Assembly (NCBI GenBank): GCA_964195835.1
Contig: CAXMTB010000002.1
Span: 1 to 54,992 of the forward strand
DNA length: 54,992 bases
From: an uncultured Nitrospinaceae bacterium
Lineage (GTDB): Bacteria > Desulfobacterota > Desulfobacteria > Desulfobacterales > UBA11574
Direction of reading: 5' to 3'
The position numbers and the translations under genes were made by a program. Shown here one piece after another: positions 37,173 to 45,502 of the stretch. The notes below the pieces were generated by a model that was not told the DNA's origin, made no database searches, and was given only the letters and a program-made list of their open reading frames with translations. The number at the start of each line of letters is the position of its first letter. Positions within the stretch are counted from its first letter, which is position 1.

Positions 37173-39851
37173 CTAGTTGAGCCTCTCGGAAATGTTATCC
37201 TTGTTAAATTGAATCTCATCCATCCTCTCTTTAGCCAGATTGCTCCAGAATGGATCATTGAGGCTTATGATCTGATTATAAAGTGCAAGAGAATCTTCTT
37301 TTTTATTTAACCGCCAGTAGCATTCGGCTAACTTTAGCTTGAGCGGATTTTTACTTGAATCTTCTTTTGTTGTTTGAATGACCTGATTAAAAATATTTAA
37401 TGCTTTTCGAACATCACCTAAAGAGAGATAGAGATCACCCAATTCCTGATCAATATTGTAATCCGTAAAATCACAATCTTTTTTTATTTCGTTGACCTCG
37501 TTTATTGCCATCAAAGCGTTTTCTTTGGAGTTGCTGCCCGTTAATGCCTTAGCTTTTTCGATCAGAAGCCGAGCCCTTTGACATTTTGGTACAGGATATT
37601 TTAAGGCCTTAATAAATGTATCAGCTGCCGGCTTATATTGTTTTTGTTTCAAAAGAATTCTTCCCCGTAACTGGTATGCTTCTGAAGCAAATTTGCTATA
37701 CGGATGATTGGCTATCAATATATCAAATTTTTTAAAGGCGCCTTCGCTGTTGTCTTGCTCAAATAAATATTTGCCCATTGTGAATAGAAGATCAGCGGGT
37801 TTATCATTGTCGGCTAAAAGGATATCAGCCTTTTTAAATACTTCTATGGCCATATCATCAAGATTGATATATACAAAGGCTCTTGCAACAGGCAAAAAGA
37901 GTTCCGGAGCATTAACCATCGAAAATATTTTTTCGTCTTTAAGATACAAGTTTATGATTTTTAAATGTTTATGATTTTTAATATCTTTTTTCAGCATACC
38001 CTCAATTGTTACCATCAGAGCATGTGATAATTCTTTTTTTAAAGATGTCTTTGGATATTTTTCAAGTAATTCTTTTAAGACTTTTAGACTCTTTTCATAC
38101 TCTTTTTCTTTCTGATATGTAATACCTAGTTTTAACATTGAAAGTTGTATCAACGGATTCTTTTCATCTTTTTTGTCAACAGAATCGTTTACGATATTCT
38201 CATATATTTTTTTAGATGAGCCCATCTCTTTTCTTGTTTTTTCAATCCAGTCTTTGTCTTCTTGCTGTTCAGCAAGCCTGATTTTACTTATGATTGCCCC
38301 ATCCGTATCCGGGAAGCGTTCAAGGACCATCCGATAAAATTTTACAGCATCCTCGATCAATCCTTCATTCCGATACGTATCTCCAATCTGGTTAAGTACG
38401 AGATGGTTTATTTCTCTCTCAGGGCATATATTATAATATCGATACAGGTTTTCTCTGGCCTTTTGATTATCTCCCAGCTGGTAATAGTTATATCCTATAT
38501 AGAGAGAAATTTCCGGGTGCTTATATATATTCTCAGGATCTTCTTTGTTTAGTTCATTGAGAATTTTGAGTGATCTGTTAAATTTATTCATTTCAAAAAG
38601 AATTTTTGCTTTTTCTTTTCTTGCTTCTTTTCTCTCAGATAAATTTGGATATTCGGAGGTGATGGTTTCTAATTCATCCAGTGCGGACAGGGCATCTTCT
38701 TTTCTATTCCTTAAGAGCAACACCCTTGTTTTTTGCATTAATGCCTTTATCCGTAAAATGGAGCCTTTGTCTTTCTTTAAAACAAGATTATAATAACCCA
38801 TTGCCTCATAATAATTTTTAACATGAAAATACAGGTTGCCAATGCTAAATAGAGCATCCGGAACATACTCGGAAGTTGGGAATCGACTGATGGCATCTTC
38901 ATAATGATCTTTAATTTCTTTATATTTAACCGAGTCAAATTCTGTGCTTAGGTGATCATAAGATTTCGCCAAAATAAAATATGCTTTCTCTGTATATCTC
39001 CCATGGGGATATTTTTTTATTAAACGGGTAAGATTTTCAATTGCACCTTCCCAGTCTTTAGCTTTATAAGTATTAAGGCATTTTAGGTAAATGGATGTAT
39101 CTTCTTTGCCGTCATCTTCCACCATTTGGGTCAGTTTCTCTTCAGGGCTTGATTTTGTCAGACCATCTTCTTTTGATCTGTTTTGTTTTTTAACAACATT
39201 TTTCGCTCCTTTTTCAGGAGCACTAATTTTTTGATTGTCTAAAGTTTCTGAAATTAATGGCGTCATTTCTTCTAAGACTTTATTTTTATGCGGATTTTCA
39301 ATATCTTTAGGGATATCGTTTACCTTCACATTTTCATTTTTTTTAAACGTCGCTAAATCCTTTGTTTTTTCAATGACATTTGTTGTATTATCATGCTCTT
39401 TTTTATCTTCGCCTTCTTTTGATTTAAAAGTGATAATTAATTCATTATCAACAGACTTATCGGTAAAACTGGGGACAACGGAACCCTTAATATCAAACAC
39501 TATCCTTATTTTTTGTGCATGATATCCAATTCTTATAATTTTAATGTCAGAATTTTCCACCACCTTAGACACCCCTCCCAACAAACGCGCCGCACAAACG
39601 ATATCAACAAGGATCCTGGGAGGTGCTTTAAGGGGTTTGATTATATATTCAGAAATTTTACCGTCACCCAAAACAGTTGCAATGGTTTGACCTTTGGATT
39701 TATGTGTTTTGATTGAAACAATCCTGCTTATCATCCCTTTATATGCTTTTTTAGTAGACGGATGCGGACTTGCCGCAACATTATTAAGATGCAACACAAA
39801 AAAAAGGGATAAAAATAAGACAGAAATGGATCTTATAAAGTAGCCTTTCAT
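37173..39851 (-). CDS. secreted AMIN-domain + multi-TPR protein
   Basis: 892 aa. Signal peptide MKGYFIRSISVLFLSLFFVLHLNNVAAS. AMIN-like beta domain (PPRILVDIVCA ... IRIGYHAQKIRIVFDIKG ... ELIITFKS), a KE-rich linker, then many TPR-like repeats (recurring A..Y/F...G.Y..A...F patterns) to the C-terminus. Confidence 0.75.
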   Translation of the reverse strand: MKGYFIRSISVLFLSLFFVLHLNNVAASPHPSTKKAYKGMISRIVSIKTHKSKGQTIATVLGDGKISEYIIKPLKAPPRILVDIVCAARLLGGVSKVVENSDIKIIRIGYHAQKIRIVFDIKGSVVPSFTDKSVDNELIITFKSKEGEDKKEHDNTTNVIEKTKDLATFKKNENVKVNDIPKDIENPHKNKVLEEMTPLISETLDNQKISAPEKGAKNVVKKQNRSKEDGLTKSSPEEKLTQMVEDDGKEDTSIYLKCLNTYKAKDWEGAIENLTRLIKKYPHGRYTEKAYFILAKSYDHLSTEFDSVKYKEIKDHYEDAISRFPTSEYVPDALFSIGNLYFHVKNYYEAMGYYNLVLKKDKGSILRIKALMQKTRVLLLRNRKEDALSALDELETITSEYPNLSERKEARKEKAKILFEMNKFNRSLKILNELNKEDPENIYKHPEISLYIGYNYYQLGDNQKARENLYRYYNICPEREINHLVLNQIGDTYRNEGLIEDAVKFYRMVLERFPDTDGAIISKIRLAEQQEDKDWIEKTRKEMGSSKKIYENIVNDSVDKKDEKNPLIQLSMLKLGITYQKEKEYEKSLKVLKELLEKYPKTSLKKELSHALMVTIEGMLKKDIKNHKHLKIINLYLKDEKIFSMVNAPELFLPVARAFVYINLDDMAIEVFKKADILLADNDKPADLLFTMGKYLFEQDNSEGAFKKFDILIANHPYSKFASEAYQLRGRILLKQKQYKPAADTFIKALKYPVPKCQRARLLIEKAKALTGSNSKENALMAINEVNEIKKDCDFTDYNIDQELGDLYLSLGDVRKALNIFNQVIQTTKEDSSKNPLKLKLAECYWRLNKKEDSLALYNQIISLNDPFWSNLAKERMDEIQFNKDNISERLN

Positions 39852-39864
39852 ATGGCATTTTTAC

Positions 39865-39880
39865 AGCAATTAGTATGCCA
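39865..39880 (-). promoter_or_regulatory. sigma54-type promoter abutting the AMIN-TPR start codon
   Basis: The minus strand reads TGGCAT-ACTAA-TTGCT. The -12 GC lies only about 15 nt from the ATG at 39851 (see findings). Confidence 0.5.
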
Positions 39881-40162
39881 ACGGGATTGGAATAATGGCG
39901 GGATGGTATCATGGAATATTGAAAACCCACTTCTGGTGATAACACCATAAGGTTTTTAATTCTAACCATCTGATTTGACTTTTATTATTTAAGATACTCT
40001 TTTTTCTTGAATTGCCTCAATATACATAGGAGGATGTTGTAATGGTGGAATGATGGACTCAAAAGAGAATGTGCAATTGATGTCGACCGTCATTTTTTTG
40101 ACAATTGAACTTCCCGTATCAAGAGGAAAAGGGGTTTAAATCATTATAAACCAATGACGGTC

Positions 40163-41551
40163 TTAGGCAGAGGCGGCTTCATCTGTTTCTATGTTCTGTT
40201 TTTTAATCTTTGCCACCAAAGTTGTTCTATTGATATTTAGAAGTTTTGCAGCTTTTGATTTTACCCAATTGGTTTTTTCCAAGGCCTCAAGAATAATCCT
40301 TTTTTCATAATCTTGAACCGCTTCGTTAAGGTTCAGCTCATTATCTATGATTACCTCATTGTCCGGATGACGCGAACCGCTAACATTTTGCATATTTTCA
40401 GGTAGATCATCAAAGCTTACTACCGGACCCTCACAAAGGATTGTGAGTCTTTTTATCACATTTTCAAGTTCTCTGACATTTCCAGGCCAGTCATACGCCA
40501 ATATTGCATCCATGGCAACTTGGGAGAAACCCGTAAGCTTATCACTCTTTCCTTTCTGAAATTTTTTAAGGAAAAAATCGACAAGTAAAGGAATGTCAGA
40601 TCTTCGCTGTTTTAAAGACGGAACCTTGATCGGAATAACATTCAATCGATAATAGAGGTCTTCTCTGAACTTCTCCATATTAATGGCAGTTGTTAAATTC
40701 TTGTTGGTGGCTGCGACAAACCTTAGATCCACATGAAGGGTCTTTGTCCCGCCCACTCTTTCAAATTGTTGTTCCTGTAAAACCCTCAGCAATTTTATTT
40801 GCAATGTCGGACTCATTTCTCCGATTTCATCCAGAAAAATGGTGCCACCGTTTGCCATTTCAAATCGACCGATTCTCTTCTTATAGGCACCGGTAAAGGC
40901 GCCTTTTTCGTGGCCAAAAAGTTCGCTCTCTAACAAAGTTTCCGGTATAGCGCCACAATTAATAACAACCAGCGGATTATCGCCCCGTTGGCTGTTATAA
41001 TGAATCGATCTTGCTATTAATTCCTTCCCTGTACCACTGGCACCGGTGATCAGGACAGTGCCATCCGAATCAGAGACCTTCTCGATGAGATCGTATATTT
41101 TTTTGATAACCTTACTTGTTCCGACAATATTTTTATAATGATATTTGCCCTTTAATTCCTTTTTAAGCCGAATATTCTCTTCTTCAAGATTCTTAAATTT
41201 AAGGGCTTTTTCAACATAAATGAGAAGCTCGGTGGGCGACACAGGTTTCGTGATGTAATCAAAAGCGCCTTTCTTAATGGCTTCAACTGAACTTTTAATG
41301 GTCCCATGGCCGGTGAGAATGATGCACATGGTTTTGGGTGTTTTTAATATCGCATTTTCAAGAACCTGCATACCGTCTACATCGGGCATCATGAGATCTG
41401 TTAAGACCATGTCATAATCATTGTTCTCCAGTTCTTTGATGGCGGATGCGCCATTAGAGACCGTTTTTACTTCGTAATCATTAGATTCCAGAATATCGGC
41501 GATGAGTTTTAATACATCTGGATTATCATCAACGACTAATATTTTTGCCAT
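40163..41551 (-). CDS. sigma54-dependent response regulator (NtrC family)
   Basis: 462 aa. Canonical receiver ([33 protein letters not shown]), Walker [19 protein letters not shown] and a C-terminal HTH ([19 protein letters not shown]). Confidence 0.92.
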   Translation of the reverse strand: MAKILVVDDNPDVLKLIADILESNDYEVKTVSNGASAIKELENNDYDMVLTDLMMPDVDGMQVLENAILKTPKTMCIILTGHGTIKSSVEAIKKGAFDYITKPVSPTELLIYVEKALKFKNLEEENIRLKKELKGKYHYKNIVGTSKVIKKIYDLIEKVSDSDGTVLITGASGTGKELIARSIHYNSQRGDNPLVVINCGAIPETLLESELFGHEKGAFTGAYKKRIGRFEMANGGTIFLDEIGEMSPTLQIKLLRVLQEQQFERVGGTKTLHVDLRFVAATNKNLTTAINMEKFREDLYYRLNVIPIKVPSLKQRRSDIPLLVDFFLKKFQKGKSDKLTGFSQVAMDAILAYDWPGNVRELENVIKRLTILCEGPVVSFDDLPENMQNVSGSRHPDNEVIIDNELNLNEAVQDYEKRIILEALEKTNWVKSKAAKLLNINRTTLVAKIKKQNIETDEAASA

Positions 41552-41576
41552 AATATGTTCTCTTAATATGTTCTCC
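41551..41576 (-). repeat. 13-nt tandem duplication of the Shine-Dalgarno/spacer of the NtrC-family regulator
   Basis: The minus strand reads GGAGAACATATTA-AGAGAACATATTA-TG. The last A of unit 2 is the A of the ATG. Confidence 0.8.
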
Positions 41577-41901
41577 TAATTAGAAGGCAGACATGGGGAA
41601 TTTATATAAAACATCAATTCCAGCAAAAAGTCAATTTTTTGATTTTTAAAGAAACTATCATTGTCTAATATTGTAATATTAAAAACAAATCAAGGGGAAA
41701 AGGTTTAAGTGTGCATATTTCATGCATAAAATTCGGGGGGGCTACTAAATAGGGCAAAAAAAAACAAAATCATAACGTGCTTGAAGGCACCGGATCGAGA
41801 ATCCTTGCGATTACGTGGTCATTGTGGGCAAAAATCGACCTCTAACTCAACATACCGCACTTAAAGGACGCATTTTTCCGGTATGAAAATTGGAAGGAAG
41901 T

Positions 41902-42300
41902 TTAGATAAAATCCCCGCGATTGAACTTATACATCGCCACCTTTGCCGTTACAGCCAAATCTTTAACGAGTCTGTCAAGGGCTTTATCATTTTGAACTTT
42001 ATTCACGGCTTCAGACTCCATTAGGGTTACCTCTTTTTCGATACTGTCCACTAACGGTCTGATATCTTTTAAAGTCCTGACAGGATCAGCCAGTTCTCCG
42101 GCATAGTTATCTAAAAGATTAAGGATTTTTTCACTTTGCACGATGACATCACTTTTGCTGTCAACAGGACAAGGGCCGGTGCTTGCATGTAATTTACCAA
42201 GTTTTTGGTCAAAAATCTGCTTGAATTGATTATCGTCGTCTATCTTTGCAGTTGATAATAATTTTGCCTGGAATGAATTGCCTATTTTATTTATATCCAT
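41902..42300 (-). CDS. hypothetical helical protein (132 aa)
   Basis: AAGGA RBS 7 nt upstream and a sigma28-like promoter upstream. No family recognised by eye. Confidence 0.6.
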   Translation of the reverse strand: MDINKIGNSFQAKLLSTAKIDDDNQFKQIFDQKLGKLHASTGPCPVDSKSDVIVQSEKILNLLDNYAGELADPVRTLKDIRPLVDSIEKEVTLMESEAVNKVQNDKALDRLVKDLAVTAKVAMYKFNRGDFI

Positions 42301-42346
42301 TTTTCAATCCTTTTTATATCTTTATATTTGTCTGGTCTATCTTTTA

Positions 42347-42374
42347 TATTCGGCACAGCCAAACGGTTCCTTTA
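42347..42374 (-). promoter_or_regulatory. sigma28-like promoter for the 132-aa ORF
   Basis: The minus strand reads TAAA-N16-GCCGAATA (CTAAAGGAACCGTTTGGCTGTGCCGAATATAA). Confidence 0.4.
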
Positions 42375-42426
42375 GAGAATTGTTATTATTTTTCCTAAAT
42401 GTTGAATTGCTTTATGAATTCGAAAG

Positions 42427-42804
42427 TTAACTGTCAAATACCTTAGATAATTTTTCGTTGATTGTTTCTGCAGTAAACGGTTTTACGACGTAATTGCTAA
42501 CACCTGATTTAACAGCTTCTACAATATTATCTTTCTGAGCTTCCGCCGTAACCATCACAAAAGGAATGTCCTTTAATTCATCATCTGATCTTACGGCTTT
42601 TAATAATTCTATTCCCGGCATCTCAGGCATATTCCAGTCACATAATATCAGATCAATTTTTGTTTTTTTGAGCTCTTTAAGGGCGCTTTTGCCGTCATCT
42701 GCCTCAACAATATTTTTAAAACCAATCTGTTTGAGAATATTCCTTACAATTCTTCTCATGGTGGCGAAATCATCGACGATGAGAACTTTCATATTCAGAT
42801 CCAT
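42427..42804 (-). CDS. cheY: single-domain response regulator CheY
   Basis: 125 aa. LIVDDFATMRRI, LILCDWNMPEMPG, VMVTAEA and NYVVKPF give a canonical CheY. AAGGAG RBS. Confidence 0.9.
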   Translation of the reverse strand: MDLNMKVLIVDDFATMRRIVRNILKQIGFKNIVEADDGKSALKELKKTKIDLILCDWNMPEMPGIELLKAVRSDDELKDIPFVMVTAEAQKDNIVEAVKSGVSNYVVKPFTAETINEKLSKVFDS

Positions 42805-42970
42805 TGTTAAGCGTCTCCTTGTCTATTTTATAATTTTATTAATTTTTTAATCCATTCGTTAAGCATATCTCAATTAGGTTACCTTAAACACCTTTTTTAT
42901 AAAGTTGGACGGCAAAATTTTCCTGCCAAAAGGAAATTTGTTCATCCTTCAAAGAACAACTGATACAATT

Positions 42971-43546
42971 TTAAGGTCCACTTTTTCTTTTTCTAAGAAC
43001 TCCCCGTTGTCTCTGAAATACCGAGCTAACAATCCTTTCCTGGTCATTCACACTGACGTCAAGGAACTTTATCCCAAGAGAGTATAGGGTCTTACCAGAT
43101 TCATCCGCCTTTGTTGAATGAACAACTTCACCAAATATATCCATAAAAACGAGGGGTATCTTTGAAAGATACAACTTAGAATGAATGATCTGTCCGGTTT
43201 CAACGGGCATGTCCACCATGATATTCATACCTGATCCACTGATATTGGTTCCTAGTCCCTGTTTGAACAGGCCCTCTATTTTATTACCTTTTTCTACTAA
43301 AAGCTCTAAGATCAGATCCAATTTTTCGTCAATTAAAAAGAGATAATTGACCAGTGAGGAATCAATTGCTGTATCAGCACCTATTTTTTTGTCAGCGATA
43401 TCGATACCCGGTTCTATTTGAAAGTGAGGGGAAATTGTCCCATTAGACCTAACGAGCCCTTCATATTCATCTGAAGTCATTGTTTTGAATTTAATTTTAA
43501 AAGAAAAATTCCCTCTTACATAAGAACGTCTCTCATTATGAGGCAT
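42971..43546 (-). CDS. PilZ-domain c-di-GMP receptor (possible YcgR-like flagellar brake)
   Basis: RxxxR motif (RRSYVR) near the N-terminus and N/DxSxxG (NISGSG) followed by a PilZ beta-barrel pattern (GEVVHS...YSLGIKFLDVSVNDQERIVSSVFQRQR). The track start at 43576 is TTG. The ATG at 43546 has AAGGTGA 5 nt upstream. Confidence 0.7.
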   Translation of the reverse strand: MPHNERRSYVRGNFSFKIKFKTMTSDEYEGLVRSNGTISPHFQIEPGIDIADKKIGADTAIDSSLVNYLFLIDEKLDLILELLVEKGNKIEGLFKQGLGTNISGSGMNIMVDMPVETGQIIHSKLYLSKIPLVFMDIFGEVVHSTKADESGKTLYSLGIKFLDVSVNDQERIVSSVFQRQRGVLRKRKSGP

Positions 43547-43607
43547 ATTCGTCACCTTTATTCTAATATTGACCAAATAACACTAAAATATTTCAAAAAA
43601 TATGCAA

Positions 43608-43634
43608 CTATCGTACCATATTTTGAAAGATTTA
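43608..43634 (-). promoter_or_regulatory. possible sigma28 promoter for the PilZ gene
   Basis: The minus strand reads TAAA-N15-TACGATAG. Only the CGATA core of the -10 element matches. Confidence 0.3.
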
Positions 43635-44025
43635 ATAACTCAGGTTTCGCAACCGGATATCGCTGAAAAGCCTTTGAATTGGCGGGCTGAAATAAATTTT
43701 TTAAGGTAAAATCGGAATCGTCAAATGCGTCAATATCTTGACGATTCATTTCGTTAGCCTACTATCAAAGAGTTCCGAGAGGCTTTATTTCATTTTAATG
43801 TAACATTTCAAACAGATAATACCTGTAACGGCTGATCCGGCAAGTATCGGAAAATCAATGGTACATATATTGCATATAATCGTTATAAGTAAAGATTACC
43901 ATGACATTAGATGCTCTAAAGAAATTGGACGATGAACTGGACTTAAAACTGTCCATTAAAAAGTCGATGTTTATGAGTTTATTATTAAAGTTTTTTAAAA
44001 TGTAAGTCCTGCGAAAGGTATCAGC

Positions 44026-45480
44026 ATGAACGATAAAATAATGGTCATAAGCGATCAAGCCAAAGATGGAAATCTTTTTAAACAAATCCTTGGATCTAAA
44101 GGATTTGATATTGTAACAAAACCTATTTTAGAAGGTATTGAAGACATCCTTTCGGACGACAATTTTGGAGCCATTCTCGCAGACTATGATCAGGTGGGAG
44201 ATCTTGCTTACAGCTGGATAAATCTTCTTCAGGAAAACAGGTCTCAATCGTGTGTAATCCTTTATGGAGAAAACAAAAAAGCAGAAAAGATTTCTGAGAT
44301 TCTCCAAGCAGGTGCTTATAGTTTTATCTCCAGATCCAATATTTCAAAGCGTCTTTATGAAACTATTTTGGGAGGAATGGAAAATCGAAAGGCCTTTATT
44401 GAAATCTTGGGAATGATGAACACATTGAAAAACGTGAACGAAAGTCTCGAAAGGGAAAAAGAAGACCTCAGAAAAAAGAACCAGGAATTGAGCTTTATCA
44501 ACCGATTGACCACCGAGGTGGCATATGATCTTAACTGGGGCTTGATTCTCCCCAGAATCTTAAATGCCGGTTTTCTCGATGTCATGAATCCGGCTTTGCT
44601 GGGCATTCTCTACCGCATCGGCTCCAAATGGAATCTGGCATTTCATCTATCTGAAAAAGAAATCAATAAAAAAATTATCGACGGATTAAAAGAAGATATG
44701 ATCAATAAATTCTTTTCGATTTCAGGTGAAAGGGTTTCAATAAAGGATACGGACTTTCATCTGTATTCATCCGGCATTGAACTTTCGCCGGCCGACGCCA
44801 TTCCCTTTTCCAAACAGATTATTATGCCTTTAAGTATTGCAGGGTCCACTTTGGGTATGCTTGCCATCCTGCCAAAAAACAATGAAAAACTGAACGACGA
44901 AAAAATGGAGTCGCTAACAACAATATCGAACATTCTTGCCATGTCTCTAAAAAATGCCCAAGAATACCATAAACTTAAAGAAATGGCTGTCAAAGATGGT
45001 CTTACCGGCATTTTAAACCGAAAAGGATTCCAGAACTTTATTCAAAAAGAATTCCACAGAGCAAAAAGGTATCACAGGCATCTATCCCTCATTATGATTG
45101 ATGTCGATAATTTTAAGAAGATAAATGATTCTCTCGGACATCAGGCCGGTGATTTGGTGCTTCGGGAACTTGCCGGATGTTTAAAACGTTCTACTCGACA
45201 GGCCGATATTGTGTTCAGATATGGTGGCGACGAATTCGTCATCCTTCTTCCTGACACGGATATGGAACAAGCCAGAATGCTCTTGAAAAGAGTGTTGTCT
45301 GATGTCGAGAAGCATGCTTTTGAGTGGGAATCTAATAAAATGAATGTCAAAATAAGCTGTGGTATTTCGACGACCGGCGAGCTTGAAAACCATGAAGACG
45401 AAAAGGATTTAATCTCAAAGGCTGACACAAGGCTTTACAGCGCAAAACATTCGCAAAATCTCATGTATTGCATGGCATAA
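44026..45480 (+). CDS. diguanylate cyclase (degenerate REC - GAF-like - GGDEF)
   Basis: 484 aa. C-terminal GGDEF domain with an intact active site (RYGGDEF) and I-site RQAD five residues upstream. The N-terminal receiver-like fold lacks several conserved residues. Confidence 0.88.
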   Translation: MNDKIMVISDQAKDGNLFKQILGSKGFDIVTKPILEGIEDILSDDNFGAILADYDQVGDLAYSWINLLQENRSQSCVILYGENKKAEKISEILQAGAYSFISRSNISKRLYETILGGMENRKAFIEILGMMNTLKNVNESLEREKEDLRKKNQELSFINRLTTEVAYDLNWGLILPRILNAGFLDVMNPALLGILYRIGSKWNLAFHLSEKEINKKIIDGLKEDMINKFFSISGERVSIKDTDFHLYSSGIELSPADAIPFSKQIIMPLSIAGSTLGMLAILPKNNEKLNDEKMESLTTISNILAMSLKNAQEYHKLKEMAVKDGLTGILNRKGFQNFIQKEFHRAKRYHRHLSLIMIDVDNFKKINDSLGHQAGDLVLRELAGCLKRSTRQADIVFRYGGDEFVILLPDTDMEQARMLLKRVLSDVEKHAFEWESNKMNVKISCGISTTGELENHEDEKDLISKADTRLYSAKHSQNLMYCMA

Positions 45481-45502
45481 GTGTCTATCAGCCATACTGG
45501 AA

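Noticed and set aside
41755-41790. Possible terminator after the 132-aa ORF (GTGC-CTTCAA-GCAC followed at a distance by a U-rich run on the minus strand)
   Set aside because: The stem is only 4 bp and about 11 nt separate it from the U-run. Too weak to call.
42912-42928. TGGCAG-N-TTTTGC motif downstream of the PilZ gene and upstream of cheY
   Set aside because: The GG to GC spacing is two nucleotides too long for sigma54. It forms only a 4-bp stem, so it is not a convincing terminator either.
43558-44085. Track ORFs 43558-43749 (-) and 43855-44085 (-) in the PilZ/GGDEF divergent region, and likewise 39784-39969 (-) and 52733-52927 (+)
   Set aside because: They overlap real start regions or promoters, lack an RBS, and have implausible Phe/Ile/Lys/Asn-rich or otherwise low-complexity translations typical of AT-rich non-coding DNA.
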